Assembly: GCA_945787995.1 (NCBI GenBank)
Contig: CALZKI010000001.1
Coordinates: 1 to 44,994, forward strand
Direction: 5' to 3'
Origin: an uncultured Lachnospiraceae bacterium
Lineage (GTDB): Bacteria > Bacillota > Clostridia > Lachnospirales > Lachnospiraceae
DNA length: 44,994 bases
The notes beneath the pieces are model-generated. The model was not told the origin of the DNA and did not search any database. It worked only from the letters and a program-made list of their open reading frames with translations. The position numbers and the translations under genes were made by a program. Positions within the stretch are counted from its first letter, which is position 1; every line of letters starts with the position of its first letter. Shown one piece after another: positions 1 through 7,941 of the stretch.

Positions 1-2
1 CA

Positions 3-1598
3 GTAAGGATGAAACGAATTCCGCTGAAGGAAATGGCAGAGAACAGTGATGTCATCGATGCCAAAGGTTATGACGGATATATCATAGCTATATTCCTGTT
101 TGACGAGACTGCACTTCGCATTGCATTGCAGGAAGTGGACGATCAGAGTCTGGCAGTTGGGTTGATTTATTTGGATAATTATGACGAGGCTCTGGAGAGC
201 GTGGAGGATGTTCGCCGTTCCCTGCTTAGTGCGCTGATTGAGAGAAAAGTCAATAAATATGTTTCAAACTTTGATGGTATATGCAGAAAGTTGGAAAAGG
301 ACAAATATCTTGTCATTCTGCGTAAAAAAGCAGTGATTCAGATGTGTGAAGAACGCTTCGAACTGTTGGAGGATGTAAAGACTGTAAACATCGGGAATGA
401 AATGGCGGTTACTTTGAGTATGGGTATCGGTCTGGATGGGCTCAGTTATGCTCAGAACTCTGAATTTGCGAGAAACGCTATTGACCTTGCCCTTGGCCGT
501 GGCGGCGATCAGGCTGTGGTAAAAAGACCGGACAATATTTCTTACTTCGGCGGTAAAAGCCAGCAGGTGGAGAAAAGTACCCGCGTAAAAGCGCGCGTGA
601 AGGCTCAGGCTTTGCAGGAGATCATTTCGGGAAAAGACGAAGTCTATGTCATGGGGCATCGTATGGCAGACGTAGACAGTTTTGGAGCTGCTATAGGTAT
701 CTATCGTATTGCAAAGACCATGGATAAGCCGGCACACATTGTTATGAGTGATCCCAACTCTTCTGTGCTCCCTATGGTGGAACTATTCAAGAACAATGAC
801 GAATATGAAAGCGATATGATCATTAATAACACCCAGGCCATTGATATGGTAGGCAACAATGCTGTTCTTGTTATTGTAGATGTGAGCAAGCCAAGTATTA
901 CCCAGTGCCCTGAATTGATCAAGTATTGTAAATCGATTGTGGTGCTGGATCATCACAGACAGGGTACGGAAGTGGTGGAGAACGCAACACTTTCTTATAT
1001 AGAGGCGTACGCATCATCCACATGTGAGATGGCTTCGGAAATTCTGCAGTATACTTCCGATAATGTGAAGATTAAACCGGAGGAGGCAGACTGCCTGTAT
1101 GCAGGTATTATGATTGATACCAACAACTTTATGCAGAAAACAGGTGTAAGAACCTTCGAAGCGGCTGCGTTCCTTCGTCGAAATGGTGCAGATGTAACCC
1201 GTGTGCGTAAACTCTTTAGAGACGGAGCTGACGAGTACAGGGCGAAAGCAGATATTGTCAGTCAGGCAGAGATATTCAAGAAATATTATGCCATTTCCGT
1301 TTGCCAGAATCATGACATACAGAATCCCACCTTGATCGGTGCACAGGCAGCCAATGAACTGTTGAATATTCGAGGAATCAAGGCTAGCTTTGTTTTGACA
1401 GAATACAATGACCTGATTTATGTCTCAGCCAGATCTATTGACGAAGTTAACGTGCAGATCATTATGGAAAAACTTGGTGGCGGTGGCCACATGAACGTGG
1501 CTGCATGTCAGTTGGAGGGTGTTCCTGTGGATGAAGCGGTGCTGAAACTGAAAGATACTATACAGGATATGATAGAACAGGGCGAGTTGCAACCTTAA
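3..1598 (+). CDS. gdpP: Cyclic-di-AMP phosphodiesterase GdpP (degenerate GGDEF + DHH/DHHA1), 5'-truncated by the window edge
   Basis: Motifs LALGRGGDQ, MGH..DVDSFG, LDHHR and GGGGH; lies directly upstream of rplI-dnaB as is typical in Firmicutes; reading frame is open to the window start. Confidence 0.9.
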   Translation, partial: VRMKRIPLKEMAENSDVIDAKGYDGYIIAIFLFDETALRIALQEVDDQSLAVGLIYLDNYDEALESVEDVRRSLLSALIERKVNKYVSNFDGICRKLEKDKYLVILRKKAVIQMCEERFELLEDVKTVNIGNEMAVTLSMGIGLDGLSYAQNSEFARNAIDLALGRGGDQAVVKRPDNISYFGGKSQQVEKSTRVKARVKAQALQEIISGKDEVYVMGHRMADVDSFGAAIGIYRIAKTMDKPAHIVMSDPNSSVLPMVELFKNNDEYESDMIINNTQAIDMVGNNAVLVIVDVSKPSITQCPELIKYCKSIVVLDHHRQGTEVVENATLSYIEAYASSTCEMASEILQYTSDNVKIKPEEADCLYAGIMIDTNNFMQKTGVRTFEAAAFLRRNGADVTRVRKLFRDGADEYRAKADIVSQAEIFKKYYAISVCQNHDIQNPTLIGAQAANELLNIRGIKASFVLTEYNDLIYVSARSIDEVNVQIIMEKLGGGGHMNVAACQLEGVPVDEAVLKLKDTIQDMIEQGELQP

Positions 1599-1621
1599 TG
1601 AGTACGAGAAAGGATACAAAT

Positions 1622-2068
1622 ATGAAGGTTATTTTATTACAGGATGTAAAAGCACATGGTAAAAAAGGTCAGATTGTTGAGGTGAGTGATGGATATGCGA
1701 GAAACTTTATCATTCCAAAGAAGCTGGGAGTGGAAGCTACCTCCAAAAATCTGAACGATTTGAAATTACAGAAAGCAAATGATGAAAAAGTGGCTAAGGA
1801 ACTTTTGGAAGCAGCACAGGCATTTGCAAAAGAATTAGAAGGTAAGACTGTTAAGGTGAAAATGAAAACCGGAGAAGGCGGAAGAACCTTTGGAACCATT
1901 TCTTCAAAAGAAATCGTGCAGGCCGCAAAAGAACAGTTTGATATCGAAATAGATAAGAAGAAGGTACAGATTCCTGATGCAATCAAGAGTTTGGGCATGT
2001 ATGAAGTGAATGTAAAGCTTCACCCAAGTGTAACAGGCAAGTTAAAGGTACATGTAGAGGAAATGTAA
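1622..2068 (+). CDS. rplI: 50S ribosomal protein L9
   Basis: MKVILLQDVKAHGKKGQIVEVSDGYARNFIIPKK N-terminus; AAGGA RBS upstream of ATG 1622. Confidence 0.97.
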   Translation: MKVILLQDVKAHGKKGQIVEVSDGYARNFIIPKKLGVEATSKNLNDLKLQKANDEKVAKELLEAAQAFAKELEGKTVKVKMKTGEGGRTFGTISSKEIVQAAKEQFDIEIDKKKVQIPDAIKSLGMYEVNVKLHPSVTGKLKVHVEEM

Positions 2069-2071
2069 ATC

Positions 2072-3424
2072 ATGGCATCAGAAATGGATGAGGCAATCGT
2101 AAAAAGAATATTACCCCACAGCATCGAAGCGGAGCAATCTGTTATCGGGTCCATGATTATGAGCCGCGATGCCATTTCTGTGGCATCTGAAATCATCACA
2201 GGCGAGGATTTCTATAGCCGTCAGTATGGTGTATTGTTTGAGACCATGGTGGAATTGAATGACGAGGGAAAACCGGTTGATCTGATTACCCTGCAGGATC
2301 GCCTGAAGGAAAAGGATGTGCCACCGGAGATCAGTAGTCTGGAGTTTATCCGTGATTTGATTACAGCTGTACCCACTTCTGCGAATATTAAATATTATGC
2401 CGGTATTGTGGCAGAGAAGTCTACTCTTCGCAAGTTGATTAAGTTGAACGAAGAGATTGCCAATACCTGTTATGCGGGAAAAGAAGAATTAGAGACAATT
2501 CTGGAAGATACAGAGAAACGCGTTTTTGATCTTGTACAGAGAAGAAATACCGGTGACTATGTGCCCATCAGACAGATTGTTGCAAACACCATGAGACAGA
2601 TTGAGGCTGCTTCTCACAGCCATGGCAATGTAACGGGTATTGCTACAGGTTTTCTGGATCTGGATTACAAGACAGCGGGTATGCAGCCTTCCGATCTTGT
2701 TCTGATAGCGGCCAGACCATCTATGGGTAAAACCGCATTTGTACTGAATATTGCCCAGTATGTTGCCTTGCATGAAGGCAAGACGGTAGCCATATTCAGT
2801 TTGGAAATGTCAAAAGAGCAGTTGATCAATCGTGTTATGTCTATGGAGTCCAAGGTGGATTCGCAGAGAATCAGAACCGGTAATCTGGAGGATTCGGATT
2901 GGGAGAAACTGATTGAGACAGCAGGCGTAATTGGTAAGTCTCATTTGATTATTGATGATACGCCGGGTATCAGCATCTCTGAATTGCGTTCCAAATGCAG
3001 AAAATTCAAGCATGAGCAGAACCTGCATATGATCATCATCGACTATCTGCAGCTGATGAGCGGTAGTGGCCGTTCCGAATCCAGACAACAGGAAATATCA
3101 GAAATATCCCGCTCACTAAAGGCACTTGCCAGAGAACTTCAGGTTCCGGTACTGGCGTTGTCACAGCTGAGCCGTCAGGTTGAGCAGAGACCGGATCACA
3201 GACCTATGTTGTCCGACCTTCGTGAATCCGGAGCCATCGAGCAGGATGCGGACGTTGTTATGTTCATCTATCGAGATGATTATTATAATAAGGATACAGA
3301 AAAGAAGGGTATAGCAGAGATTATCATTGCGAAGCAGAGAAATGGCCCGATTGGTACGGTAGAGTTGGTATGGCTTGCCGATTACACCAAGTTTGCTAAC
3401 ATTGATAAAGGATCAAGAGGATAA
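2072..3424 (+). CDS. dnaB: Replicative DNA helicase
   Basis: PHSIEAEQSV, Walker A AARPSMGKT, IIIDYLQLM, SDLRESGAIEQDAD. Confidence 0.97.
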   Translation: MASEMDEAIVKRILPHSIEAEQSVIGSMIMSRDAISVASEIITGEDFYSRQYGVLFETMVELNDEGKPVDLITLQDRLKEKDVPPEISSLEFIRDLITAVPTSANIKYYAGIVAEKSTLRKLIKLNEEIANTCYAGKEELETILEDTEKRVFDLVQRRNTGDYVPIRQIVANTMRQIEAASHSHGNVTGIATGFLDLDYKTAGMQPSDLVLIAARPSMGKTAFVLNIAQYVALHEGKTVAIFSLEMSKEQLINRVMSMESKVDSQRIRTGNLEDSDWEKLIETAGVIGKSHLIIDDTPGISISELRSKCRKFKHEQNLHMIIIDYLQLMSGSGRSESRQQEISEISRSLKALARELQVPVLALSQLSRQVEQRPDHRPMLSDLRESGAIEQDADVVMFIYRDDYYNKDTEKKGIAEIIIAKQRNGPIGTVELVWLADYTKFANIDKGSRG

Positions 3425-3432
3425 AAAGCCAA

Positions 3433-3499
3433 ATGAGCCAAGGGGGGACGGGGAAAATGGTTCTTAAAAGAACCTTTTTCCCCGTCCCCCTTGGCTCAT
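3433..3499. repeat. GC-rich ~32-bp-arm imperfect palindrome between convergent dnaB and ferredoxin genes (REP-like element and/or bidirectional terminator)
   Basis: ATGAGCCAAGGGGGGACGGGGAAAATGGTTCTT pairs with AAGAACCTTTTTCCCCGTCCCCCTTGGCTCAT. Confidence 0.75.
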
Positions 3500-3535
3500 C
3501 GTTTTTTATCTGTATTTCTCTTCAAAAGAAGCACA

Positions 3536-3706
3536 TTAGCCCTGTTCGATAGAACCTGTAGGGCAAGCGCCTGCGCAAGAACCGCATTCGATGCATGTTG
3601 CAGGATCGATTTCGAATTTGCCATCGCCCATGCTGATAGCACCAACAGGACACTGACCTTCACATGCGCCACAAGCTACGCAACCGTCATTGATAACATA
3701 TGCCAT
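3536..3706 (-). CDS. 2[4Fe-4S] clostridial-type ferredoxin, 56 aa (absent from the ORF track)
   Basis: Manual translation MAYVINDGCVACGACEGQCPVGAISMGDGKFEIDPATCIECGSCAGACPTGSIEQG has two CxxCxxCxxxCP motifs; AAGGAGG RBS. Confidence 0.95.
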   Translation of the reverse strand: MAYVINDGCVACGACEGQCPVGAISMGDGKFEIDPATCIECGSCAGACPTGSIEQG

Positions 3707-3797
3707 TTTTCATTTCCTCCTTATAGTGAAATAGTATTGAAATACTAAATTTCTTTCGTACATATCATATCGTAATTCCCTGAATTATACAAGGACT

Positions 3798-4589
3798 TTA
3801 TTCATCCATGCCGGAAGACTGTACTTCAACGTGCTCTACACCATCGTCTTCGTGTCTCTTACGAATTCCATCCAAGATCACCTGTTTCTTTTTGAGCAGA
3901 TCAGCTTTGTTCATAGCAGGAACACCTTTAAGAGGATATTCGATTCCCAGCTTTTCATATTTGGAAACACCCATTGTGTGATATGGAAGTGCATCCAAGG
4001 CTTTCAGATTCTTCAGACCACCGATGAAGTAACCCAGATCAAACAGATATTTGTCATCATCTGTTACACCGGGAACGATGACGTGACGAATCCAGATATC
4101 GATTCCTTTTTCGTCCAGGTATTTTGCGAAAGCAAGAATTCCATCGTTGGGTTGTTTGGTCAGCTCTTTGTGCTTATCTGGATCAATGTGTTTGATATCC
4201 AGCATAACAAGGTCAGTAAGCGGCATCAAACGTTCCATCTTTTCAACAAAAGCCTTATTGTCAGGTTTGAAGGCAATACCTGAAGAATCAATACAAGTAT
4301 GGATATTTTTCTCTTTGGCAAGAGTGAAAAGCTCAATTAAGAAATCCGGCTGCATCAAAGGCTCGCCGCCTGTAACAGTGAGACCACCGTTCTCGTAGAA
4401 TGTGCGGTTTCTTTCGATGTTATCAATGATTTCAGCAGGATCCATAAGGGTTCCTGCATTCATTTCCCATGTATCGGGATTGTGACAGTATTTACAACGC
4501 ATCGGACAACCCTGTACGAATACTACATAACGGGTACCGGGGCCGTCTACTGTGCCAAAGCTTTCTAGAGAGTGGATTCTACCCTGCAT
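3798..4589 (-). CDS. pflA: Pyruvate formate-lyase activating enzyme (radical SAM)
   Basis: GRIHSLESFGTVDGPG, CPMRCKYCHNPD (CxxxCxxC), TGGEP, LPYHTMG. Confidence 0.96.
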   Translation of the reverse strand: MQGRIHSLESFGTVDGPGTRYVVFVQGCPMRCKYCHNPDTWEMNAGTLMDPAEIIDNIERNRTFYENGGLTVTGGEPLMQPDFLIELFTLAKEKNIHTCIDSSGIAFKPDNKAFVEKMERLMPLTDLVMLDIKHIDPDKHKELTKQPNDGILAFAKYLDEKGIDIWIRHVIVPGVTDDDKYLFDLGYFIGGLKNLKALDALPYHTMGVSKYEKLGIEYPLKGVPAMNKADLLKKKQVILDGIRKRHEDDGVEHVEVQSSGMDE

Positions 4590-4681
4590 TCTTTTTCTCC
4601 ATTTCAATCAATAATTTGCATGCCGAGCCAAATAGTGTTATTTTGATTCGGCTTGCATGTGCTAATTAGTCATATTTTAGA

Positions 4682-4706
4682 AAGAGCTCCCGAATCGGGA
4701 GCTCTT
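4682..4706 (-). terminator. 11-bp stem-loop between the radical-domain gene and pflA (attenuator, terminator or mRNA stabiliser)
   Basis: AAGAGCTCCCG-AAT-CGGGAGCTCTT; only a short U tract follows on the minus strand. Confidence 0.55.
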
Positions 4707-4761
4707 CGATAGTATCTCTTAATATGCAATCATTTATTCCTGTTTGCAAACAGACAGGCGA

Positions 4762-5001
4762 TTAGATTGCTTCATGGAATGTACGAGAGATAACATCAGC
4801 CTGCTGTTCAGGTGTTAATTTGATGAAGTTAACAGCATATCCGGATACGCGGATTGTAAGCTGAGGATAGTTCTCAGGATGTTTCTGAGCATCCAGAAGA
4901 GTCTCTCTGTTTAATACATTAACGTTAAGATGATGGCCGCCCTTTGTAGCATAACCATCTAATAATCCAACAAGGTTAGCAACCTGTGCATTACTTGACA
5001 T
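4762..5001 (-). CDS. grcA: Stand-alone glycyl-radical domain (GrcA/YfiD-like), 79 aa
   Basis: [59 protein letters not shown]...ISRTFHEAI corresponds to the PFL C-terminal domain with the RVSGY radical loop; own AAAGGAGG RBS before ATG 5001. The track's 128-aa version is an upstream over-extension. Confidence 0.92.
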   Translation of the reverse strand: MSSNAQVANLVGLLDGYATKGGHHLNVNVLNRETLLDAQKHPENYPQLTIRVSGYAVNFIKLTPEQQADVISRTFHEAI

Positions 5002-5029
5002 TGTTTTATCCTCCTTTATATTTTTGACC

Positions 5030-5233
5030 TTATCTGAAATCATCAAGGCCCTGATCCAGAGTAGGAACACTGCATGCCAGTGGAGTACGGGAACAATCTG
5101 TGCATCCCATTGTCTGTACATTTTTGGATCCTTCCACCTTGTCATCAACGTCTACATTCACATGACCAACGCCGTTAGCCATACCGGAATCCAACATCTT
5201 AACAAGATCATCAATCATCTGTTTCTCATCCAT
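5030..5233 (-). CDS. 67-aa acidic protein resembling the N-terminal helix and strand of the glycyl-radical domain, with CxxC-x6-C and no Gly loop
   Basis: AAGGAG RBS 8 nt before ATG; [20 protein letters not shown] aligns without gaps to [20 protein letters not shown] of the next gene. Confidence 0.8.
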   Translation of the reverse strand: MDEKQMIDDLVKMLDSGMANGVGHVNVDVDDKVEGSKNVQTMGCTDCSRTPLACSVPTLDQGLDDFR

Positions 5234-5254
5234 GTGATCTACTCCTTTTTTGAC

Positions 5255-5278
5255 TCCGGTCAGGTTGCCCTGACCGGA
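5255..5278 (-). other. Perfect 10-bp stem with GCAA (GNRA) tetraloop in the pflB / small-ORF spacer
   Basis: Minus strand reads TCCGGTCAGG-GCAA-CCTGACCGGA; no U tract follows. Confidence 0.7.
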
Positions 5279-5292
5279 TGTGATTATTTTGA

Positions 5293-7332
5293 TTAGTTGT
5301 TTAAGTCAACGTTGATATCGCCTGCGAATACTGTATCTTCTTTACCAAGAGCACCGGGGATAATGGAGAAGGTATTGGAAATACCATCCTGTGCATACTG
5401 GAATGGAAGTTTGGATACAGATGCAAGTGAAGATACAGCACCGTGAGAATCACGACCGTGCATTGGGTTAGCACCGGGAGCGAAAGGCTGACCTTTCTTA
5501 CGTCCATCAGGTGTGTTACCTGTTGCTTTACCGTAAGTTACGTTGGAAGTAATTGTTAATACGGACATAGTAGGGAAGGAATCTCTGTATGTGTGATGTC
5601 TTCTGATCATTGTCATGAATTCTTTTACAAGATCTCTTGCAATAACGTCTACTCTGTCATCGTCGTTACCGTATTTAGGGAAATCACCTGTTGTTTCGAA
5701 ATCAACAATGATACCTTCTTCATCACGGATACATTTAACCTGTGCGTATTTGATAGCTGATAAGGAGTCAGCAACTACGGAAAGTCCGGCAATACCTGTT
5801 GCGAAGTAACGAAGAACGTCTCTGTCATGAAGAGCCATCTGTGCTCTCTCGTAGCAGTATTTGTCATGCATGTAGTGGATTACGTTCAGTGTATTTACAT
5901 ATACATCAGCAAGCCATTCCATCATGTCTCTGAACTTGTCCATTACATCGTCGAAGTCAAGGATGTCACCTTCAACCTTACGATATTTAGGACCAACCTG
6001 TTTGTGAGATACTTCGTCAACACCACCGTTTAATGCATATAACATACATTTAGCAAGGTTAGCACGTGCACCGAAGAACTGCATCTGCTTACCGATTACC
6101 ATGGAGGATACGCAGCAAGCGATACCGTAATCATCACCGTGAGTTACTCTCATCAGGTCATCGTTCTCGTACTGGATAGAGGATGTCTGAATGGACATCT
6201 TAGCACAGTATTTCTTGAATGCTTCAGGAAGTCTTGTGGACCAGAGAACTGTCATGTTAGGTTCGGGAGCTGCACCAAGGTTTTCCAATGTATGAAGGAA
6301 ACGGAAGCTCATCTTTGTAACCATATGACGTCCGTCAACACCCATACCACCGATAGACTCTGTTACCCATACAGGGTCACCTGCGAATAACTGATTGTAC
6401 TCAGGTGTACGAGCAAATTTGATCAGACGAAGTTTCATTACGAAGTGATCAACAAATTCCTGGATCTGTTCTTCTGTAAATGTACCGTTCTTTAAGTCTC
6501 TCTGTGCATAAATATCAAGGAATGTGGATGTACGTCCCAGAGACATAGCAGCACCATTCTGCTCTTTAACTGCACTGAGGTAGCCGAAGTAAGTAGCCTG
6601 GATAGCTTCCTGAACGTTTGAAGCAGGTTTGGAAATATCGCAACCATAAGAAGCAGCCATTTCCTTCATCATCTTCAGAGCGATCATCTGCTCGGAAATC
6701 TCTTCACGAAGACGGATAACGTCATCTGTCATAACACGTCCTGTGGAGTTTTTCTGCTCGATCTTGTCTTCGATCAGTCTGTCGATACCGTACAGAGCGA
6801 CACGTCTGTAGTCACCGATGATACGTCCACGTCCGTAAGCATCAGGAAGACCTGTGATTACGTGGGAAGAACGGCAAGCTCTCATCTCTGGAGTGTATGC
6901 ATCGAAACAACCTGCGTTGTGAGTTTTTCTGTGAACAGAGAAGAACTCGGATACTTCAGGGTCAACTTCATAACCGTTATCTGTACAAGCTTTCTCTGCC
7001 ATACGGATACCACCGTAAGGCTGGAGGGAACGTTTGAAAGGCTTATCTGTCTGGAAACCTACGATTGTTTCCTTGCTCTTGTCAAGATAGCCGGGGCCGT
7101 GGGAAGTGATAGTAGAGATAACTTTTGTATCCATATCAAGTACACCACCTGCTTCACGTTCCTGTTTCTGTAAATCAAGAACCTGAGCCCATAAGTCTTT
7201 TGTGTTCTGTGTAGGTCCTGCCAGGAAAGACTCATCTCCGTCATAAGGAGTGTAGTTTTTCTGGATGAAGTCACGAACATTTACTTCGTAGCTCCATTTG
7301 CCGCCTACAAAATCATTCCATTCTGGTTTCAT
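5293..7332 (-). CDS. pflB: Pyruvate formate-lyase catalytic subunit lacking the C-terminal glycyl-radical domain (679 aa)
   Basis: [37 protein letters not shown], active-site IACCVS, GNTPDGR; ends [30 protein letters not shown] with no RVSGY; AGGAGG RBS. Confidence 0.95.
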   Translation of the reverse strand: MKPEWNDFVGGKWSYEVNVRDFIQKNYTPYDGDESFLAGPTQNTKDLWAQVLDLQKQEREAGGVLDMDTKVISTITSHGPGYLDKSKETIVGFQTDKPFKRSLQPYGGIRMAEKACTDNGYEVDPEVSEFFSVHRKTHNAGCFDAYTPEMRACRSSHVITGLPDAYGRGRIIGDYRRVALYGIDRLIEDKIEQKNSTGRVMTDDVIRLREEISEQMIALKMMKEMAASYGCDISKPASNVQEAIQATYFGYLSAVKEQNGAAMSLGRTSTFLDIYAQRDLKNGTFTEEQIQEFVDHFVMKLRLIKFARTPEYNQLFAGDPVWVTESIGGMGVDGRHMVTKMSFRFLHTLENLGAAPEPNMTVLWSTRLPEAFKKYCAKMSIQTSSIQYENDDLMRVTHGDDYGIACCVSSMVIGKQMQFFGARANLAKCMLYALNGGVDEVSHKQVGPKYRKVEGDILDFDDVMDKFRDMMEWLADVYVNTLNVIHYMHDKYCYERAQMALHDRDVLRYFATGIAGLSVVADSLSAIKYAQVKCIRDEEGIIVDFETTGDFPKYGNDDDRVDVIARDLVKEFMTMIRRHHTYRDSFPTMSVLTITSNVTYGKATGNTPDGRKKGQPFAPGANPMHGRDSHGAVSSLASVSKLPFQYAQDGISNTFSIIPGALGKEDTVFAGDINVDLNN

Positions 7333-7438
7333 TTTGAAAGCCTCCTATGTTTAAAAATTTTTTGATTAATATATTGCTGTATCTTTTCCTAAAAAGTCGG
7401 GAAAAATACAGTAAAAATATGCTAATCTGGTACTTCAC

Positions 7439-7468
7439 ATTATAGGTTAATCTGTTCCGAAACGTCAA
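7439..7468 (-). promoter_or_regulatory. Putative sigma-A promoter of the pfl operon
   Basis: Minus strand TTGACG-N18-TATAAT, about 100 nt upstream of pflB. Confidence 0.6.
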
Positions 7469-7589
7469 GTCGGATGGATGTACTTTTTTCTATACAAATG
7501 GCGTTTTTGTGCTTCCTTTTTGTGAAAATTGACAGAATGGTTTCATACAGTTACAGGAATGTGTCGGGAAACCATTGAAAGAATAATAC

Positions 7590-7618
7590 TTGCCACATAT
7601 CTGACCGGGTATTATACT
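7590..7618 (+). promoter_or_regulatory. Putative sigma-A promoter of the DUF1858 gene
   Basis: TTGCCA-N17-TATACT. Confidence 0.65.
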
Positions 7619-7649
7619 ACCTACAGAATAGCAAGAAAGGAGTATGGAA

Positions 7650-7841
7650 ATGGCAAATATTTCTAAAGATATGACAATCGGTGAGATTTTAAGAGCATGT
7701 CCTCAGGTTGCACCTGTTTTGATGGAAGCGGGAATGCATTGCCTGGGATGCCCTTCAGCACAGGCTGAATCTTTAGCAGAGGCTGCTATGGTTCATGGCA
7801 TTGATATTGACAGCTTAATGAAAGCGATTGAAGCAGTATAA
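7650..7841 (+). CDS. DUF1858 family small protein (hybrid-cluster-protein-associated redox disulfide domain)
   Basis: [11 protein letters not shown]...[23 protein letters not shown] signature; AAGGAG RBS. Confidence 0.88.
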   Translation: MANISKDMTIGEILRACPQVAPVLMEAGMHCLGCPSAQAESLAEAAMVHGIDIDSLMKAIEAV

Positions 7842-7846
7842 AAAAT

Positions 7847-7896
7847 ATCCCGTAGGCTTGCCACGAAATAGGGCAAGGGCTTACGGGATTTTTTTT
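7847..7896 (+). terminator. Rho-independent terminator, possibly bidirectional with mecA
   Basis: ATCCCGTAGGCTTGCC...GGCAAGGGCTTACGGGAT followed by a T run; A run upstream. Confidence 0.75.
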
Positions 7897-7941
7897 ACCA
7901 TAACAGTACCTTTAGTATTATGCCGGTATGCTGTCATCTTG

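Noticed and set aside
3491-3748. 85-aa plus-strand ORF
   Set aside because: Antisense shadow of the ferredoxin gene.
4762-5148. 128-aa ORF version of the radical-domain gene (YfiD-sized)
   Set aside because: The extra 49 codons overlap the 67-aa gene in another frame and lack an RBS; a strong AAAGGAGG precedes ATG 5001.
4993-5334. Intron, readthrough or translational bypass rejoining pflB to the radical domain (they share a reading frame)
   Set aside because: No group I/II intron features are visible, a stop codon intervenes and both downstream ORFs have their own RBS. Split genes are the simpler reading, though RT-PCR would settle it.
5293-7332. pflB as a truncated pseudogene
   Set aside because: The ORF is intact with its catalytic cysteines, promoter and RBS, and the missing domain and the activase are preserved next to it.
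7333-7600. ZTP (pfl) riboswitch or Rex operator upstream of pflB
   Set aside because: No ZTP consensus is recognisable; TTGTGAAAATTGACAG near 7520 has only one good half-site and the wrong spacing for Rex.
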